Program-made: the position numbers and the translations under genes
Notes under the pieces: model-generated
What the model was told of the DNA's origin: nothing
What the model saw: only the letters and a program-made list of their open reading frames with translations
Database searches by the model: none
Shown here: piece by piece, positions 24,440 through 38,085 of the stretch
How positions within the stretch are numbered: position 1 is the stretch's first letter
How the letters are laid out: each line of letters opens with the position of its first letter
DNA from: Nemertoderma westbladi
Taxonomy: Eukaryota > Animalia > Xenacoelomorpha
Assembly (NCBI GenBank): GCA_032718475.1
Contig: JAUCBJ010002501.1
Coordinates: forward strand, 12,675 to 76,674
DNA: 64,000 bases
Direction: 5' to 3'

Positions 24440-25702
24440 TTAATATAGAGTACTCCCTCTAGCTCTAATGATAACTAGATAGCTAATGATTATGATGAGA
24501 AATGGAACGATGGGAAGACTAATCAATGAGGCAGCTGATTGGAAACCAAAATAGTCATCTAACATTCCTCCAAAGAGCGCACCTATGATGTTTCCACAAG
24601 CCAAAGATAACCTAACAATTTGTTGAACCAATGTCCGTATATCGACGTTGTCTGTTCTGTCCTTTAATGCAATGCGAGTTAGAGTTTCTGTACCGCAACT
24701 AATAAACAATCCTACACCAACTCCGAGAAAACAGCATCCAAATATTGACAATGGCAGACTCAATGGTAACCCTAGCAACTGTGTTGGTCCAATCAATTGC
24801 ATGGAAATTATTATTGAAACATATCCTATGATGGTGGGATACACTGGGTTTAGAAGTGAACATTTCTGCATTACAAAACTCATTGCAAACACGGTTGCAG
24901 CAGATGAAACAACATTCCCCACCATGATCAATCCGATGTTCATTTGTGGCATTTCGTAAACATCATGGACATACACAGCGTAGTTTGCAGCATAATATAG
25001 ATATGTTGTTTCGCCAACTATTGTCAAAATCGATAGTGTACTAGTACAAAAGTTGCTAAGCAATGAAATCAAGTCGGGTCTTGGTTCGGTAGATGACGAT
25101 CTGTCAAGTATATTTTCTGGAGACTCGAAACAACAATATAAATTTACAACCAATATGGTAATTCCTGGAATTAAAAATGCTCCTCTAAATCCAATGGTTG
25201 TGTATAAGAATGACCCAAGCACAGGTGCAGACGTCAAGCCTAATCCAAGCATCACTTGTGAGATTCCAACAACCATAGTTCGATTGTGAGGATATAGATC
25301 CATTAGTAAGCTGAAACTAAAGATGTAACTGATGTTTCCTCCAATAGCATCTAAAGTTCTAAAGATAAAGCATGTACAAATATGAACAGTATTGTTGGTG
25401 ATATCCTCCACAAATCCGAATGCTGAAAGAGAAAGTGCTCCAAGGATCCCAAACACACCATAGGAGAGGCGACTTCCGAGATTTATAATGGAGTTTCCAC
25501 ATGTGATGAATATGATAAGTCGTGCAGCTGGGTATATAGCTAGCACACTACCAGTCATGGTCTTAGACCAGTTACGACCTTCGACAACAATTGGGAAAAA
25601 GGAGTCTAAAAGTGCAAAGCACAACCCTGGAATAACCTGGGAGAAAAAGAGAAATCCTGTGAGTATTATTTTCCTGCGGTTGATATCCATTATAGTTATC
25701 AT
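24440..25702 (-). CDS. MFS transporter, SLC18B1-like, single coding exon, copy 1
   Basis: Uninterrupted ~420-aa ORF with about 12 hydrophobic segments and SLC18B1-like motifs LLDSFFP, RTLDAIG, GLGLTSAPVLGSFLYTTIGF, GALFGGMLDDYFGF. First ATG at 25702; an upstream exon is not excluded. Confidence 0.85.
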   Translation of the reverse strand: MITIMDINRRKIILTGFLFFSQVIPGLCFALLDSFFPIVVEGRNWSKTMTGSVLAIYPAARLIIFITCGNSIINLGSRLSYGVFGILGALSLSAFGFVEDITNNTVHICTCFIFRTLDAIGGNISYIFSFSLLMDLYPHNRTMVVGISQVMLGLGLTSAPVLGSFLYTTIGFRGAFLIPGITILVVNLYCCFESPENILDRSSSTEPRPDLISLLSNFCTSTLSILTIVGETTYLYYAANYAVYVHDVYEMPQMNIGLIMVGNVVSSAATVFAMSFVMQKCSLLNPVYPTIIGYVSIIISMQLIGPTQLLGLPLSLPLSIFGCCFLGVGVGLFISCGTETLTRIALKDRTDNVDIRTLVQQIVRLSLACGNIIGALFGGMLDDYFGFQSAASLISLPIVPFLIIIISYLVIIRARGSTLY

Positions 25703-26077
25703 TGATGGACCACCATATAAAAAACACAAGAAATAAAATATAGCACAATATATAACTATATAATACCAGAAGACTTATAAATAACCTACTTTACTGTACT
25801 TGTTTACATTTATTTTACAATTATTTTAGGGTTTTCTTTTGGCTAGAGTTATTGGGATGACAGCAGAGTGAAGTTCTCCACTGAGAAATAGTGATAGTGA
25901 AGAATGGTCCTACACACAGTGATGTCCACTATACCTTTCATGTAAGTATATAGTAAATGTTTAGAATGATCTTGGTAGGTAATATTTTTGTCAACAACAT
26001 TCTGATGGAAACCCAACTGGCATCTTTGGGGTTTTTCCTAAAAATTACCATATTCTACATCGGATCATGACTTATTA

Positions 26078-26268
26078 GGCCGCGTTCACATTACCGAGTC
26101 AAAGTCAAAAGACAAAAATGTAAAACACATCACATGAAATTTAATTTTTTCTAGAATGCCCTTATGTATTATATTAGGCCTATATAATGTATTATTATTT
26201 ATTATTGCAAGCTAGCTATAATTATTTTCTTTTGACTTTGACTGTGACTTGGTAGTGTGAACGCGGCC
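26078..26268. mobile_element. PIF/Harbinger-type MITE
   Basis: TIR GGCCGCGTTCACA/TGTGAACGCGGCC with a TTA TSD, ~375 bp upstream of the MFS ATG. Confidence 0.8.
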
Positions 26269-27149
26269 TTATGCAAAAACAATACGATTTTCGAATCTCA
26301 AGTTCGAAAAAAGTGTTCCAGAACTTTTTTACTCACCATTATTCCAATGGAAACAGCCACGGTCTCAAGTTATAAAGTGTGCTAATCTTAAAGACTATGA
26401 ACTTTTAAGGTGAAAGAATTTAAAAGAGAAATTCAATAACACAATTGCATAAACTCATAATAAAATCTAATATATTTAAAAACCATTCATCAATTGCAAT
26501 AGATGTATTAAATTCAACTATCTGCCAAATACATTCAAAATACATAATTACATATTCGTCTCCAGCAAAAATAAGTGAGGTGTGACTGGATTTAAAATTG
26601 ACAAAAAAGTGTGTCCTATAGCGTTACATCATAGTATTCTCCATAGAGATTACTATGATGTAAGTTAAACAGTTATGGAAATAAATATGTACAATTTAAT
26701 ATATTATAGGGAAGAAATCGGATAAAATGTCTTAACCATTCCTTGAGAGGATTTCTTAATGGCAATTTATATAAAACCCTCAATGATCCTCAACTGGGCA
26801 TCAGTGTGATTATTGATGACAATCGTATTACCATAATACAAAATATTTACTATATACTCCCATGCAAGGTTCAGTGAATAAAAGTTCGTTCAATAAATAT
26901 GCCGGATTATCAGTGAGGTTTCATGCAAGATCCATGCATGATTAGTATTAATTCATTCAGTCATATGTGGAATCAACTTCAGGGTATCAATAATGAATTT
27001 ATATGGGGATATAAAAATTCATTTGAAGTGTCATGGGTGACACACTTGCTTTTATTATCTTTATTATGGTGGTTGATTATTTACTGCGAATTTCTCAACA
27101 TAATACAGATGGTGTGGAAATACAAACAGACTGTGGTAGTAGCTGCCAG

Positions 27150-27392
27150 TAGTGCGAGAAAAGCGCCAATATATTTATTGGACCTAGACTTTGCTGATGA
27201 TGATCTGTGTTTAAAGTCAGCAAAATTGGATGGTGCAAAAGCAGCATTCATTGTCAATGTATCTATAAATGCTATGAATTCCAAAATTTTGATTCTAAAC
27301 TTGGATTCCCCCCAGCAAGTCTTTGACTGTTAGAGTCTTCATTAAGATTTTGGTTGAAGTTATTGATCATGTAGTAGACTTCAGCTACCTGT
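27150..27392 (+). pseudogene. Old RTE RT fragment (duplicated at ~42670-42900)
   Basis: YLLDLDFADDD...NLDSPQQV resembles the 17036 ORF. Confidence 0.65.
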
Positions 27393-28384
27393 GCTGTGAG
27401 AAATAAAGTTTGTATTAAATATATTTACTTTACAAAGTCAACATATTTTTGTAAACATTAGCGTCTTGGGGCTTTATAACAGCCCTTTTTAGTTTCTTAT
27501 TTTAGAAAAACTACATCCCTTGAAGATTAAAACACCTATATGGGTCTAAGGGTCACAAATACAAAAACTGAAAATATTTTGTCGAGATTTTTTTGTTACT
27601 AGATGTACGGAAAATGCTTTATTTGCAGTAAGTGCAGGTAGCATTGAAATTTACAAGTAGTGAAAAGCATAAGCTAGACTCATCGCCAAAACCGACCACA
27701 ACTACCACACTGCTATGAAGGCTCAGGATATATGTACCAATTAATATGGTTTGCGTTTAAGTTAAAAAGTCAAATAATTCGGTCGTTGATAGATCGTGAT
27801 CCACACCAGCTTCCAAGGTGGGGGTGGGACCATCACAGGTCAAATGCGAGGTGACATTTAGTAACTGCGACGACAGAGGTTTAGCCAAACCTCTGTCGGT
27901 CATAGCTTGATGAGTGCAACACAACTAGAGTAAGGCAACGATTCTGAACATTTTTTTAAATTCCATGCACTTCACTATTTTTGAGAAGATGAAAAATGTT
28001 GTTAATATATGTGGCAGTGAAAGCGAAAAGGTACCTTAAGGTGAAATTGAGGTTTTTGAGTTAGATATTGCATGTGATTGGCCAACATCTCAGCTCTCTA
28101 ATGAGCTATAAATCATCCTGATTGGATGAGTACATCAAGAGTTATTAGAAATTAAGTATTGGCAAGACAACCAGATGGAAAATATACTATTATGAGTAAA
28201 TCGCGTTTAAAATTTTAATAGTATTTTAATAGTCGTAGGGATTACTTACAAAATATCTTGAAAGTGAGTTTGCTAAATCGGAGTGGGTCTGTTGTTGTGT
28301 TGTGATGTTGAGGCTTGAGGGGCAAAATGTGTAATAGGAATGTATATTAGCAAACTAATGAACAACGATGCTGCCTTTTTTTTC

Positions 28385-29190
28385 TAGCCTGGGACTTCGA
28401 GCAGCACGTGATCAACTAAGCTGGATGGTTATCTAAGGCAGGGACTTCGAGCACCACGTGAACAACTATGCTGGGTTTTTATCTAGTCTGGGACTCCGAG
28501 CAGCACATGAACAACTAGGGTAGCTAGTTATCTAGTTTGAGACTTCGAGCAGTACGTGAATAACTAAGGTAGCTAGTTATCTAGTATGGGACTTCGAGCA
28601 GCACGTGAACAACAAAGCTAGATAATTATCTAGTTTGAGACTTTGAGCAGCATGCGAACAACTAAGGTAGCTTAGTCTGGGACTTCAAGCAGCGCGGGAA
28701 CAAGTAAGCTAACTATGATTATCTATTTTGGGACTTCGAGCAGCACGTGAACAACAAAGCTAGCTAGTTATCTAGTTTGAGACTTCGAGCAGCACATGAA
28801 CAACTAAGGTAACTATGGTTGTCTAATTTGGGACTTCGAGCAGCACGTAAACAACTAAGGTAGCTAGTTATCTAGTTTGGGACTTCGAGCAGCACGTGAA
28901 CAACAAAGCTAGCTAGTTATCTAGTTTGAGACTTCGAGCAGCACGTGAACAATAAAGGTAGCTAGTTATAGTAGACTAGTCTGGGACTTCGAGCAGCACG
29001 TGAACAACAAAGGTAGCTAGTTATCTAGTCTGGGACTTCGAGCAGGACGTGCACAAATATGCTACGTTTTTATCTAGTTTGGGACTTCGAGCAGCACGTA
29101 AACAACAAAGCTATCTAGTTATCTTGTTTGAGACTTCGAGCAGCACGTGAAAAACTGAGGTAGCTAGTTATCTGGTCTGGGACTTCGAGC
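28385..29190. repeat. ~50-bp tandem repeat (GGGACTTCGAGCAGCACGTGAACAAC...TAGCTAGTTATCTAGT)
   Basis: Visible head-to-tail array; the last unit is interrupted by an RTE fragment. Confidence 0.9.
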
Positions 29191-29550
29191 GACATTGTGT
29201 CAAGTACAATGCACACATCTCCAACCAGACACTATATAACATTGGAGGTGTCTCATTGGTTCCCCCAAGCTTGACACTAGAGCGGGATCGCCTCCGCTTT
29301 GCAGGACATTGCTTTCGCCGTGAGGACCAGCCAGTGCATAATCTTGTACTTTGGCAGCCTCATGGAGTGAATAAGCATGGTGGACAGCCCATGACTTTCT
29401 TGAGACGCATCTTAAAGGACACTGGCCTTAAAGATGCGGATGATCTAGCAAATGTCATGGGTGATAGGGAGTTGTGGCGGTGCAATTTTGTTGACAAGCC
29501 GGCACAGCATTCTTAAAAATGCAGCTGCAATGCAGCATGCCGATCCTAGT
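29191..29550 (+). mobile_element. RTE LINE 3' fragment
   Basis: Nearly identical to ~17625-17980; splits the repeat unit at gggacttcgagc|agcacgtgaac. Confidence 0.9.
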
Positions 29551-31909
29551 AGCACGTGAACAACAAACCTCAAAAACCCGTATACGTTCAGAATTATCAA
29601 TCGAAACACAACAATTTTTTATTTGACATTTTTTACTTGTACTTTTCGTCCTGGGGTCAAAAATAGCACCAAAAATGGTGGTTGTATCGCTAAAAATATT
29701 TTTAACATTTTTTATCGTGATCAGCGACCTCAAAAACCCGCATACATTCAGAATTATCAATCGAAACACACCATTTTTTAATTTGACATTTTTTTACTTG
29801 TACTTTTCGTCTTGTGGGTCCCAAATAGCACCAAAAATGATGGTTGCATTACCAGAAAATATTTTTAAGATGTTTTATCGTGTTTAATGACCTCGAAAAC
29901 CCTTATACCATCAAAATTATAATTTTTGAGCCAAGATCTAAAAATTTATAAAATGACTGACAACACTTAACAGATAAACAGACAAACAGACGGACAGACA
30001 GACCGATTGACAAACAAACATATTGAAAATAACTGGAAGATAGTTTTCTATTGGAATAATAAGGCATATAAATTAATTTATAAGAGTAAATCTACATAGA
30101 ACAACATAATATCTATCGGGAATGAGATTTAAATTTCAAAACTTCTGACTACTCTCAATCAAAGCTGATTATCTCCAAAACTAAGCTAGCTGTTAACATA
30201 CCGTTAACAGATTTGGATTCCTCATTAAAAACTGCATATATCACATTGAAAATAAAAAAATTGAAAATTTTGACTAGAAAATTTAATTTTTCTTTAAGTG
30301 CGATTTTCTCAAAACGTACAGTTTCTCAGTAATATGGCTTCGTTCGCATTCATCATGTAATTTTGGGTTGACAACACTATAGGCAGAGAGTTTTGCCATC
30401 ATAGTAATCTTTACACGGGTTCACATATGAAGATGTAGTTTGGCAAATGTCGCAATAGGTTAGCTTTGAAGAGATCAGGGAATTATCTATTCAAAACAAA
30501 GTTAAAAGTTATTACCAATTTTGGATAACCCAAAAACGATAAAAATCAAAAAATTCTAAAAATCTTCAGGCTAGGGTTCATCGCCCATGTTATGGGGTTA
30601 TAGAGAATTATGGTGCATCGCCGGCTTTACTTATTTAAAGGTAGGGGTCAGTCTTTCCAATCAATTACTTTATATTGCGTCATAAGTCAATAGCGTATTG
30701 CTATTGTTACTTAGTTGTTATGTCGCATTATAATAATCCATGGCCGTTCACTATGGATTATTATATTACCAGTAAAGTGTTGCGGTACGACGCCATCCTT
30801 TGTTATTACAAGGACTATTAAATCCTTCAAAGCCAAGGTAAATTAAATTATAATAATTCCGTACATAATAATATTTATTAGTATACGTAGCTACAAGTCT
30901 TTATTATAGTATTATTAAGTCTAGTATTGTTGTAAAGAAAGAAATCTCTCAGTTTTGAATTTCAGAAATGCCCCTCAAAATTAATAATATACTATTTCAA
31001 TAAAATATTAATTTGATATTGATGGACCTATTTTATTTCTTTATTATTACAGAATAACCTTAACACCTTAATAAAGAAATCCAACCCTAAAGACAGTAGT
31101 TGCGATGTTGTAACCTCAAACTCTGCTAAGTATTCAATAGAGGATCATATCAAATGAATGAATAACACCAGTTCAGTTCCGTATCTTACATATTATATTT
31201 AGTTACCAAAAATATTTAATAGTAATTTATATCAAATGTAATTACATAAATGATGTAAATTCTATGATGATTCATATTAATATAGATTTGAAGATATAAC
31301 TTACTACTACTACTACTACTAAACACTACTGACATAAATGTATGCAAATGTCAAGTCATATCATATTGTGAATAAAATTGCGAAATTGTTTTCGTAATAA
31401 CAATTTTCATAAAATTGTCCTTCATATTTGCGAAAAAATATAGTGTTACTGAAATAATATTTACCGTATTATATTTTACAATTAATTTATGTTTGCCAAA
31501 TGCTAATAATTGTGTTATTAGTACAAAATAAAGTGGCTAACACAAAAGGTTTTGTATGGATATCCCACTCAAATTATCTTAGGAAACAAACTGGTCAACC
31601 ATGTGTTAGGGGTATAAAATTAAACTCCCTATCTCATGAACGTAAATATCCTTCATGCTTTTATGATGGTTTAGCATTTGCTCATCAACATCAAAGGAGA
31701 TCCTGTTAGAACTTAACTGTATTTCAGTAATAATTGTTTTGGTAGTTGTTCTCCTATAACAACATCATACAGCACAAAGCAATTAATTTAATTCTTGTAA
31801 GGAGATTACAAATATTATTATCCCGCACAATTCCTGTTTCAAACGATTTATAACCAACTTAATTATCACTGGCATTGGATTTTATATTGTGACACAAATG
31901 CTCTACGAC

Positions 31910-32165
31910 TACTACTATCGGCATGCTGCATTGCAGCTGCATTATATATATTACATTTATATTAGGAATGCTGTGTCGGGATGTCGACAAAATTGCGCAG
32001 CCGAAACTCCCTATCCGCATCATCAATACCATTCATTGTCTGTTAAGAGGCGTCTGGGAGAAAGTCATGAGCTGTCCGGGCTTGCGAAAGTCATGGGGGG
32101 GAGGGAGTTGTGGCGGTGCAACTTTGTTGATAAGCCGGCATATCATTCTTAATTCACGCTGCATT
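31910..32165. mobile_element. Two diverged RTE 3' ends in inverted arrangement (duplicated at ~45020-45275)
   Basis: Reverse-complement tail atcggcatgctgcattgcagctgcat followed by a forward ...RELWRCNFVDKPA. Confidence 0.7.
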
Positions 32166-32302
32166 GGGCCTGTCAATTGTGGATTGCATGGTGGTGACAA
32201 AATGTGGGACTGTGCTGTGCAAATCTTTAGTTTGTTTAGCACTGTTAGAATTTATAAGTTTGTCTTACAGTGTTTCATAAGATAATTAATTAATGTAGAA
32301 AG

Positions 32303-33812
32303 TACGGAGCCCCTAAAGGGACATTTAAAAAAATTATTTTTTTCGCTAACTCGTACGAACGACATACTAAGTCGTGCGAACGACTTACTAAGTCGTGCGA
32401 ACGACATACTAAGTCATGTGAAAGACATACTAAGTCGTGCAAACGACTTAACTCACTCGTGCGTAAGACTTAGTAACTCGTGCTTTAACTACTTACTTAC
32501 TTACTACTTACTTAACTACGACTTACTAACTTTACTTTGATAGGCTAAATAATACTGGTAATAAAAGTACAACCTTTTTAGCGGAATTTTCAATTCAATC
32601 TACAGCATTGTTGTTGATGGCATTATTGGTTGAAAATTTTATTATCGATGTCTGAACGTGCTCTGTTAATATTGACGTCCTTTAACTTAGGCTGACAATA
32701 CAACCGACATATTGTAGCAAATTATAATATATTTAACACATTAATTTTATTGTAACTAAGTCACTGAATTGCTGTATTATCTACGGTTGGGGCTGTTAGA
32801 TAAGCTGATTATAGTGTCAGGTGTAGTTGTGTCTCACTATTGTATCAAACAGCTGTAGTCGAAATCTCAGGTTTTGGGGGGAGGTGAGATAGGTCCTACT
32901 ATTTATAGTATTTTACAATATTGTGACTCCACCACAATATTCGATTTAAATAAAGTACGTACCCGTATTTCACTTTCAGGCTCTTGTTTCAAATTTCACT
33001 CATTCGCTTACACTCGTTCTTTATAAAATTAATTCGAATAAGTAATGCTTAACATCCCTAATGAAACCAGTGGGTGCATGGATGGATATACCCGGAAAAT
33101 GATTTGGTTGAACGTGTATAACACCAACAATGACAGTAAAGTTATCGGGGGCTACTTCCTGGAAGCGATAACTGAGAACAAGGGTGCTCCGCGGATTGTT
33201 CTTGGGGATTTTGGAACAGAAAATGTTAGCATTCGAGTCTTTCAGAAGTTCATCCGTAGAGATCACACTGACAATATGCAACAGACCTGTTACATCGATG
33301 GCGCGAGCACAGCTTAGGATAATTTCATTATTTAGTTTTAAAGCAGATCAAATTAGTCCGTATGATAGGCCTAAGTAAAAGTACGTCGATATTAACAGAG
33401 CGCGTTCAGCCATTGATAATAATATTTTCATCAATAATGCCATCAACAACAATGCTGTAGATTGAATTGAAAATCCCACTAAAAAGGTTGTACTTTTATT
33501 ACCAGTATTATTTAGCCAATCAAAGTAAAGTTAGTAAGTTGTTTGCAACGACTTAGTAAGTCGTTCGCAACGACTTAGTAAGTCGTTCGCACGACTTAGT
33601 ATGTCGTTTGCACGAGTAAGTTAAGTCGTTCGCACGACTTAGTAAGTCGTTCGCACGACTTAGTATGTCGTTCTTACAGGGTTAGTTAAGTCGTTCTCAC
33701 GACTTAGTATGTCATTCGCACAACTTAGTAAGGCGTTCGCACGACATACTAAGTCGTTTGCACCAGTTAGCGAAAAAAAAAAAAATTTCAATGTCCCTTT
33801 AGGTGCTCCGTA
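32303..33812 (+). mobile_element. IS3EU-like non-autonomous DNA transposon, copy 1
   Basis: Termini TACGGAGC.CCTAAAGGGACAT, long inverted repeats with 21-bp subrepeats, imperfect 6-bp TSD AGAAAG/AGTAAG and an internal integrase-like remnant GCMDGYTRKMIWL...PRIVLGDFGTEN. Confidence 0.75.
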
Positions 33813-35450
33813 AGTAAGTGTAAGATAATAATATAAATTGGAGATGAGCTGTTGCAACTGTAATCAATGATGTAATGTAAATTGTTTTGTTCAGAAGTGG
33901 AAAAAATGAGAAAGAGCGTCACCAGGGGTTGAAGATAATAAGTGTAAGTAGAAAAATATTACACGAAAATATTACAAATCTTAATGATATTGTATCAAAT
34001 TTTAAAACATATTCTCACTGGTAGTTTAGGTTAGCCTCATAACTTTTTAGGTTTTTCTATTTATTAATTATTTTTAACTTAGAAAATTTTTCTGGGTGAT
34101 GATTCTGATTTACTATTTTCACTTTCAAACTTTTCACTTTCCAGTGGTAGAGAGGCTCTGAGACCAACTTGTGCTTGAAATATATTATGTCACAAATGCA
34201 GTCCACAGCACCTGGTGGTATTTCCCCAGGGTGCCAGGAATAAAGGAAGATTATGTAGTTGTTATTATTATTTACTGGTAAACGAGTGGGTACCGGTAGC
34301 CTAGCTTTGGCAGGAATACTGATAATGAAACACAGTCTGGCAGTACCTAACAGTAACCGACTCCGATTTACTGCCTGAATGTGTGCTGTGACATAAACTG
34401 AATGTGTGCTGTCGCATATAATGAAAATTGAGTTAATTGCTAATAAGCCATTCTATACCACTGGACGTGTATACTGTTAGCCTATGTTGGTTGAATTGCA
34501 GCATCATAGAGTGGCCGCAAATAGTCTAATGTTATTGTGGGCATGAAATCAAAGAGAAATGGAAAACAGATAAATGTCCAGTGTGCCTACAACCACTTCC
34601 ACCGCCGGATTGCGAACCTACTCTGCTGCTATCGAAATTTGGAAATTGCTACCAGGTAGGCCTACCAGTACCACGGATTCATTAACTATATCGTGACAGC
34701 CAAAGAAGAAATCCACTGGTTTGAAACAGGTTGCTGCAGTTCATAGATCGGTAATTCCATGGTCAGAATTGGAAGGTAGTGAAAGTATAATAATGTACTA
34801 TACATAATATACCAATACCCAAACAATGCAGTACTGTTGATTTAGCACCAGAGGTTAAGCTCAAGTGTGACAAGAACAATATTGATGAAGGAGTTACAGT
34901 TTATCACAAACTAATCAGAACATTTGTGGTGGATTTGAAAGAACGTGAAGTCAAATATACCATTGCAGAAAGTGTTTGTGAAGTTCACTCACATTTAAAA
35001 GAGCACTACAGTGTTTCTAACAACCTTTCATTTGTGCTATGATTATAAAGCTAAAAGGAACAAAGACGCAAAAGACGGTGATTCAGATTTAAAGATAGCA
35101 TCGTGAACAAAATGCACTTCTAGTGAAGTAGAGAATGAAGAATCGGAATATGTGTGGGGAATGATATGGCATGGGAAGGTGGTGGTTTACAAAACGTAAC
35201 TTTATTGTCAGAATATTAATTCCCCAACTGCCATTGCTTGTGTGTCAGATCTTCATCTTGTCTGTGGTCATATTAGCTCCAATTCCAGCTCAATGTCCTC
35301 CTTGTCTTGCATCAATAATTTTATAGGTTCAAAGGCTACATTTATTAACATTATAATAATAAATAGAGCAATCTCAAGGAGATATTAAAATTTTAAATAA
35401 ACCTATGATTTTTAATAAATTCCATATTAATAGTGTGATAATCTGTAAGC

Positions 35451-35582
35451 TAGAGTTCTTTTCACTAGTTCTATTAAATTTAGTAGTGATTAGTAGTTAT
35501 TAGTAGTTAGTAGTGATTATAGTAGGTAGCTGTGATTGGTTATTTTTGTATTTGGTTATATTACTTAATATTTGGAATAAAT
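35451..35582. mobile_element. 132-bp TAG-rich insertion with 10-bp TSD
   Basis: ATCTGTAAGC at 35441-50 and 35583-92; single in copy 2 (~49226-35). Confidence 0.75.
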
Positions 35583-35634
35583 ATCTGTAAGCAGAAGTGG
35601 TCTAAATATAGTAGCTGGATCATGCAATCGCGAG

Positions 35635-38085
35635 GTGTCGTTCGACGTTACTCCAATCGAGAAACGCGTGCCGTGGCTTGTCGACACCCCTATGGGAATG
35701 GATCTGAACGGGGAAGTGGAGGGGCTGGGCACAAGGTTGGCGGCGGTCTCCATAGGTATCCCGGACACGGGGGATTCCAACGTGGCGAGAAGGTTATTCC
35801 GGGGTGCGAGTGTTGAACCCCAACCCCCAGGGTATGTAGGAAGCACGAGTACACCCATCGAACAGCCCACCCGGGATGGGGAGGATGTCCTAACTGTGTT
35901 CGGGTCTGCTACACCAGAGAGAACTGGCACCCCAACTAGATACGTTAAGAGAGTCAAGTTAACGGAGCCGATGGGACGACGAATCCCGGGACACGAGAAA
36001 GAAAACTCGAGGATTGAGGTCGCTCCGTTGATCTACAAACCAATGACGGTACCCGCCAGATGGAGGTACCTTGCTCCAGTGAGTGAGGACCCCACCACTG
36101 AGGCGGTGATAGGCGAGTTACACAGGTCCATCGAACATGAGGTTCGGAGTGTAAGTACCACGAAGAGAGCTACGAGGAACCTCTCGGAGGAGCAGAGTAA
36201 ACTCTTAAGGGAAATAAAGAAGAAGAAAGCAATCGCGATTGTACGAGGTGATAAAACTGGAAATGTAATAATTGTAGATGAGCGAATTAAACAGAAGGAA
36301 ATCGGTAGGATACTGGCCGATAAAGAAACATATCAGGAACTCCCATGGGAACCCACCAGCAAGTACATAGCAGATTTAAAGAAAACTATTCAGGATATGG
36401 ATCTGGTAGACGGACTGTTGAAAGACTTTCTAGTCATGAAACGGCCAAAGATGGGGTACGTATACCTGTTGTTTAAAGACCACAAGGACATCGACCAGTG
36501 GATTGTTTGGGAGAAAGAGGATGATGACGAGGATGGATTCGACACCATCACACCTAAAGCAAGGCTGAACGTATCCACAGCGGGGACATCGGTTGAGCGC
36601 CCAGCGAAACTGTTGAACTCGTGGATACAACCGCTGTTCGGTAGGATGCCCCACTACGCCAGGGATTCATATTCCGTGAAGGAATCCATCCCGAGTGACA
36701 CCTACCCAGAGTTGACGTTCATGTCCCTCGATGATATCGACATGTACCCGTTGATCACGTTCGACATAGCCGTGGACGCCGTTACGGCGGCAGTTAAAGA
36801 GAACCCCGACTTAGTAGAACGAACAGGGATTGATGTACAACAGATTATTTTAATATTAAAGTATGTAAACACTCACACATATTTTGAGTTTAACAAGGTT
36901 GTTTACGTATTGATAAAGGGGCTCGGGATGGGTGTCCCAGCGGGTAAGGCGAGATTGCCGTACTAGCAGTCCATCGTATACACACACACGTCAGTTTAAT
37001 ATCACTGTATGGTGCAATATTTTTTCAAACATTCGTGGACGATGGTCTGTCCATTTTTGATCATACTGTGCCGGACTTAGTAAAAGATAGTATTACGGAG
37101 GATTACAACACTGCCTGTGCGTCTGTTTATGGGGTAAATAATGTTAAATTCACGTTTGAAGTTTCCAGTACCGGTACAGTATTTTTGGATATGGAACTGT
37201 ATAGGAACAGTGAAGGGAAAGATCGGCACAAAAGTGCACTTTAAACCATTGTCAAGGAAACTACGGATCCCGTTTCATAGCAACCACGATACACAGTTGT
37301 TGAAATCGGTGGCCAGAGGCCAACTGTTGAGATTCTAGCGGCTTACAGGGGGTGGATTTAATTATGAGTGTGCGCGAGATAGGTACCTTACCAACCTATG
37401 GGTTTCTGGATATCCGATAGAGTTCCTTGAACGTATCCGGGGTGCATGTTGGGAAAGTAAATCGAGGGTACTGGTAAGCCGGAAGGATGATGATGTGACA
37501 CGATGTTATTTAGCGATAGACAGGAGGTTTAAGTCCTGCACTAAGAAGGTGCTTAGCAGGAACAAGGCAGAGTTAGGCAGGAACCAACTCCAAGTAGCAG
37601 TAACCAGTAAAGGAGGGTTGAACATAGGTCACTCGCTGGTGGTAAAGTGTGAGCGCCGTGAAGAGAGGTGAAACCGATCCTGTAACCGTAAATGTCTCAC
37701 GTGTCCGCACATGTACGACCTACAGGTTCTACCATGGGGGGAACAGGTCAGGGCCTCGTTTAACTGTAGGTCAGCCAACGTACTGTACATAATCACCTGT
37801 AAGGACCACCCATGGGGCTTTTACATAGGACAGACAGAACAGGAACTGCGGGAGAGAATGAACAAGCACAGATCGATTATCAATGCGTATAGGAAACACC
37901 CCCCAATCGACTACACTGAGTTGTCCGAGTATTTACTGTATGAGCACTTTCGCTGCTGCCCATGGGGCAGCTTTCGGATCTCAGCGTTCAGCCAGTTCAG
38001 ATCAAACAAGGCTAGGATCCAAGCGGAAGCCAACTACATTTTCCAGTTTAGACCCCCGTGGAACAAGGGCAGACCGGCTGTCTGA
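35635..38085 (+). pseudogene. PLE RT-GIY-YIG polyprotein with two frameshifts and two in-frame stops
   Basis: ORFs 35635-36966, 37035-37244, 37141-37338 and 37711-38085; TAG at 37336, TGA at 37669. Confidence 0.88.

Larger units (their letters stand above)
22693..35634 (+). repeat. Tandem segmental duplication, copy 1
   Basis: Colinear with 39038-49277 from attggttgatggccaaatg to ...catgcaatcgcgag. Only copy 1 carries 22984-23824, ~28013-30330 and 35451-35582. Confidence 0.95.

Noticed and set aside
28385-29190. CRISPR-like regular array
   Set aside because: The intervening parts are themselves similar to each other, there are no cas genes, and the context is eukaryotic.
37669-37671. In-frame TGA next to the PLE Cys linker as possible selenocysteine
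   Set aside because: The element also has a TAG and two frameshifts, the site is not one of the linker Cys positions, and selenoprotein PLEs (Naiad) have an N-terminal endonuclease.
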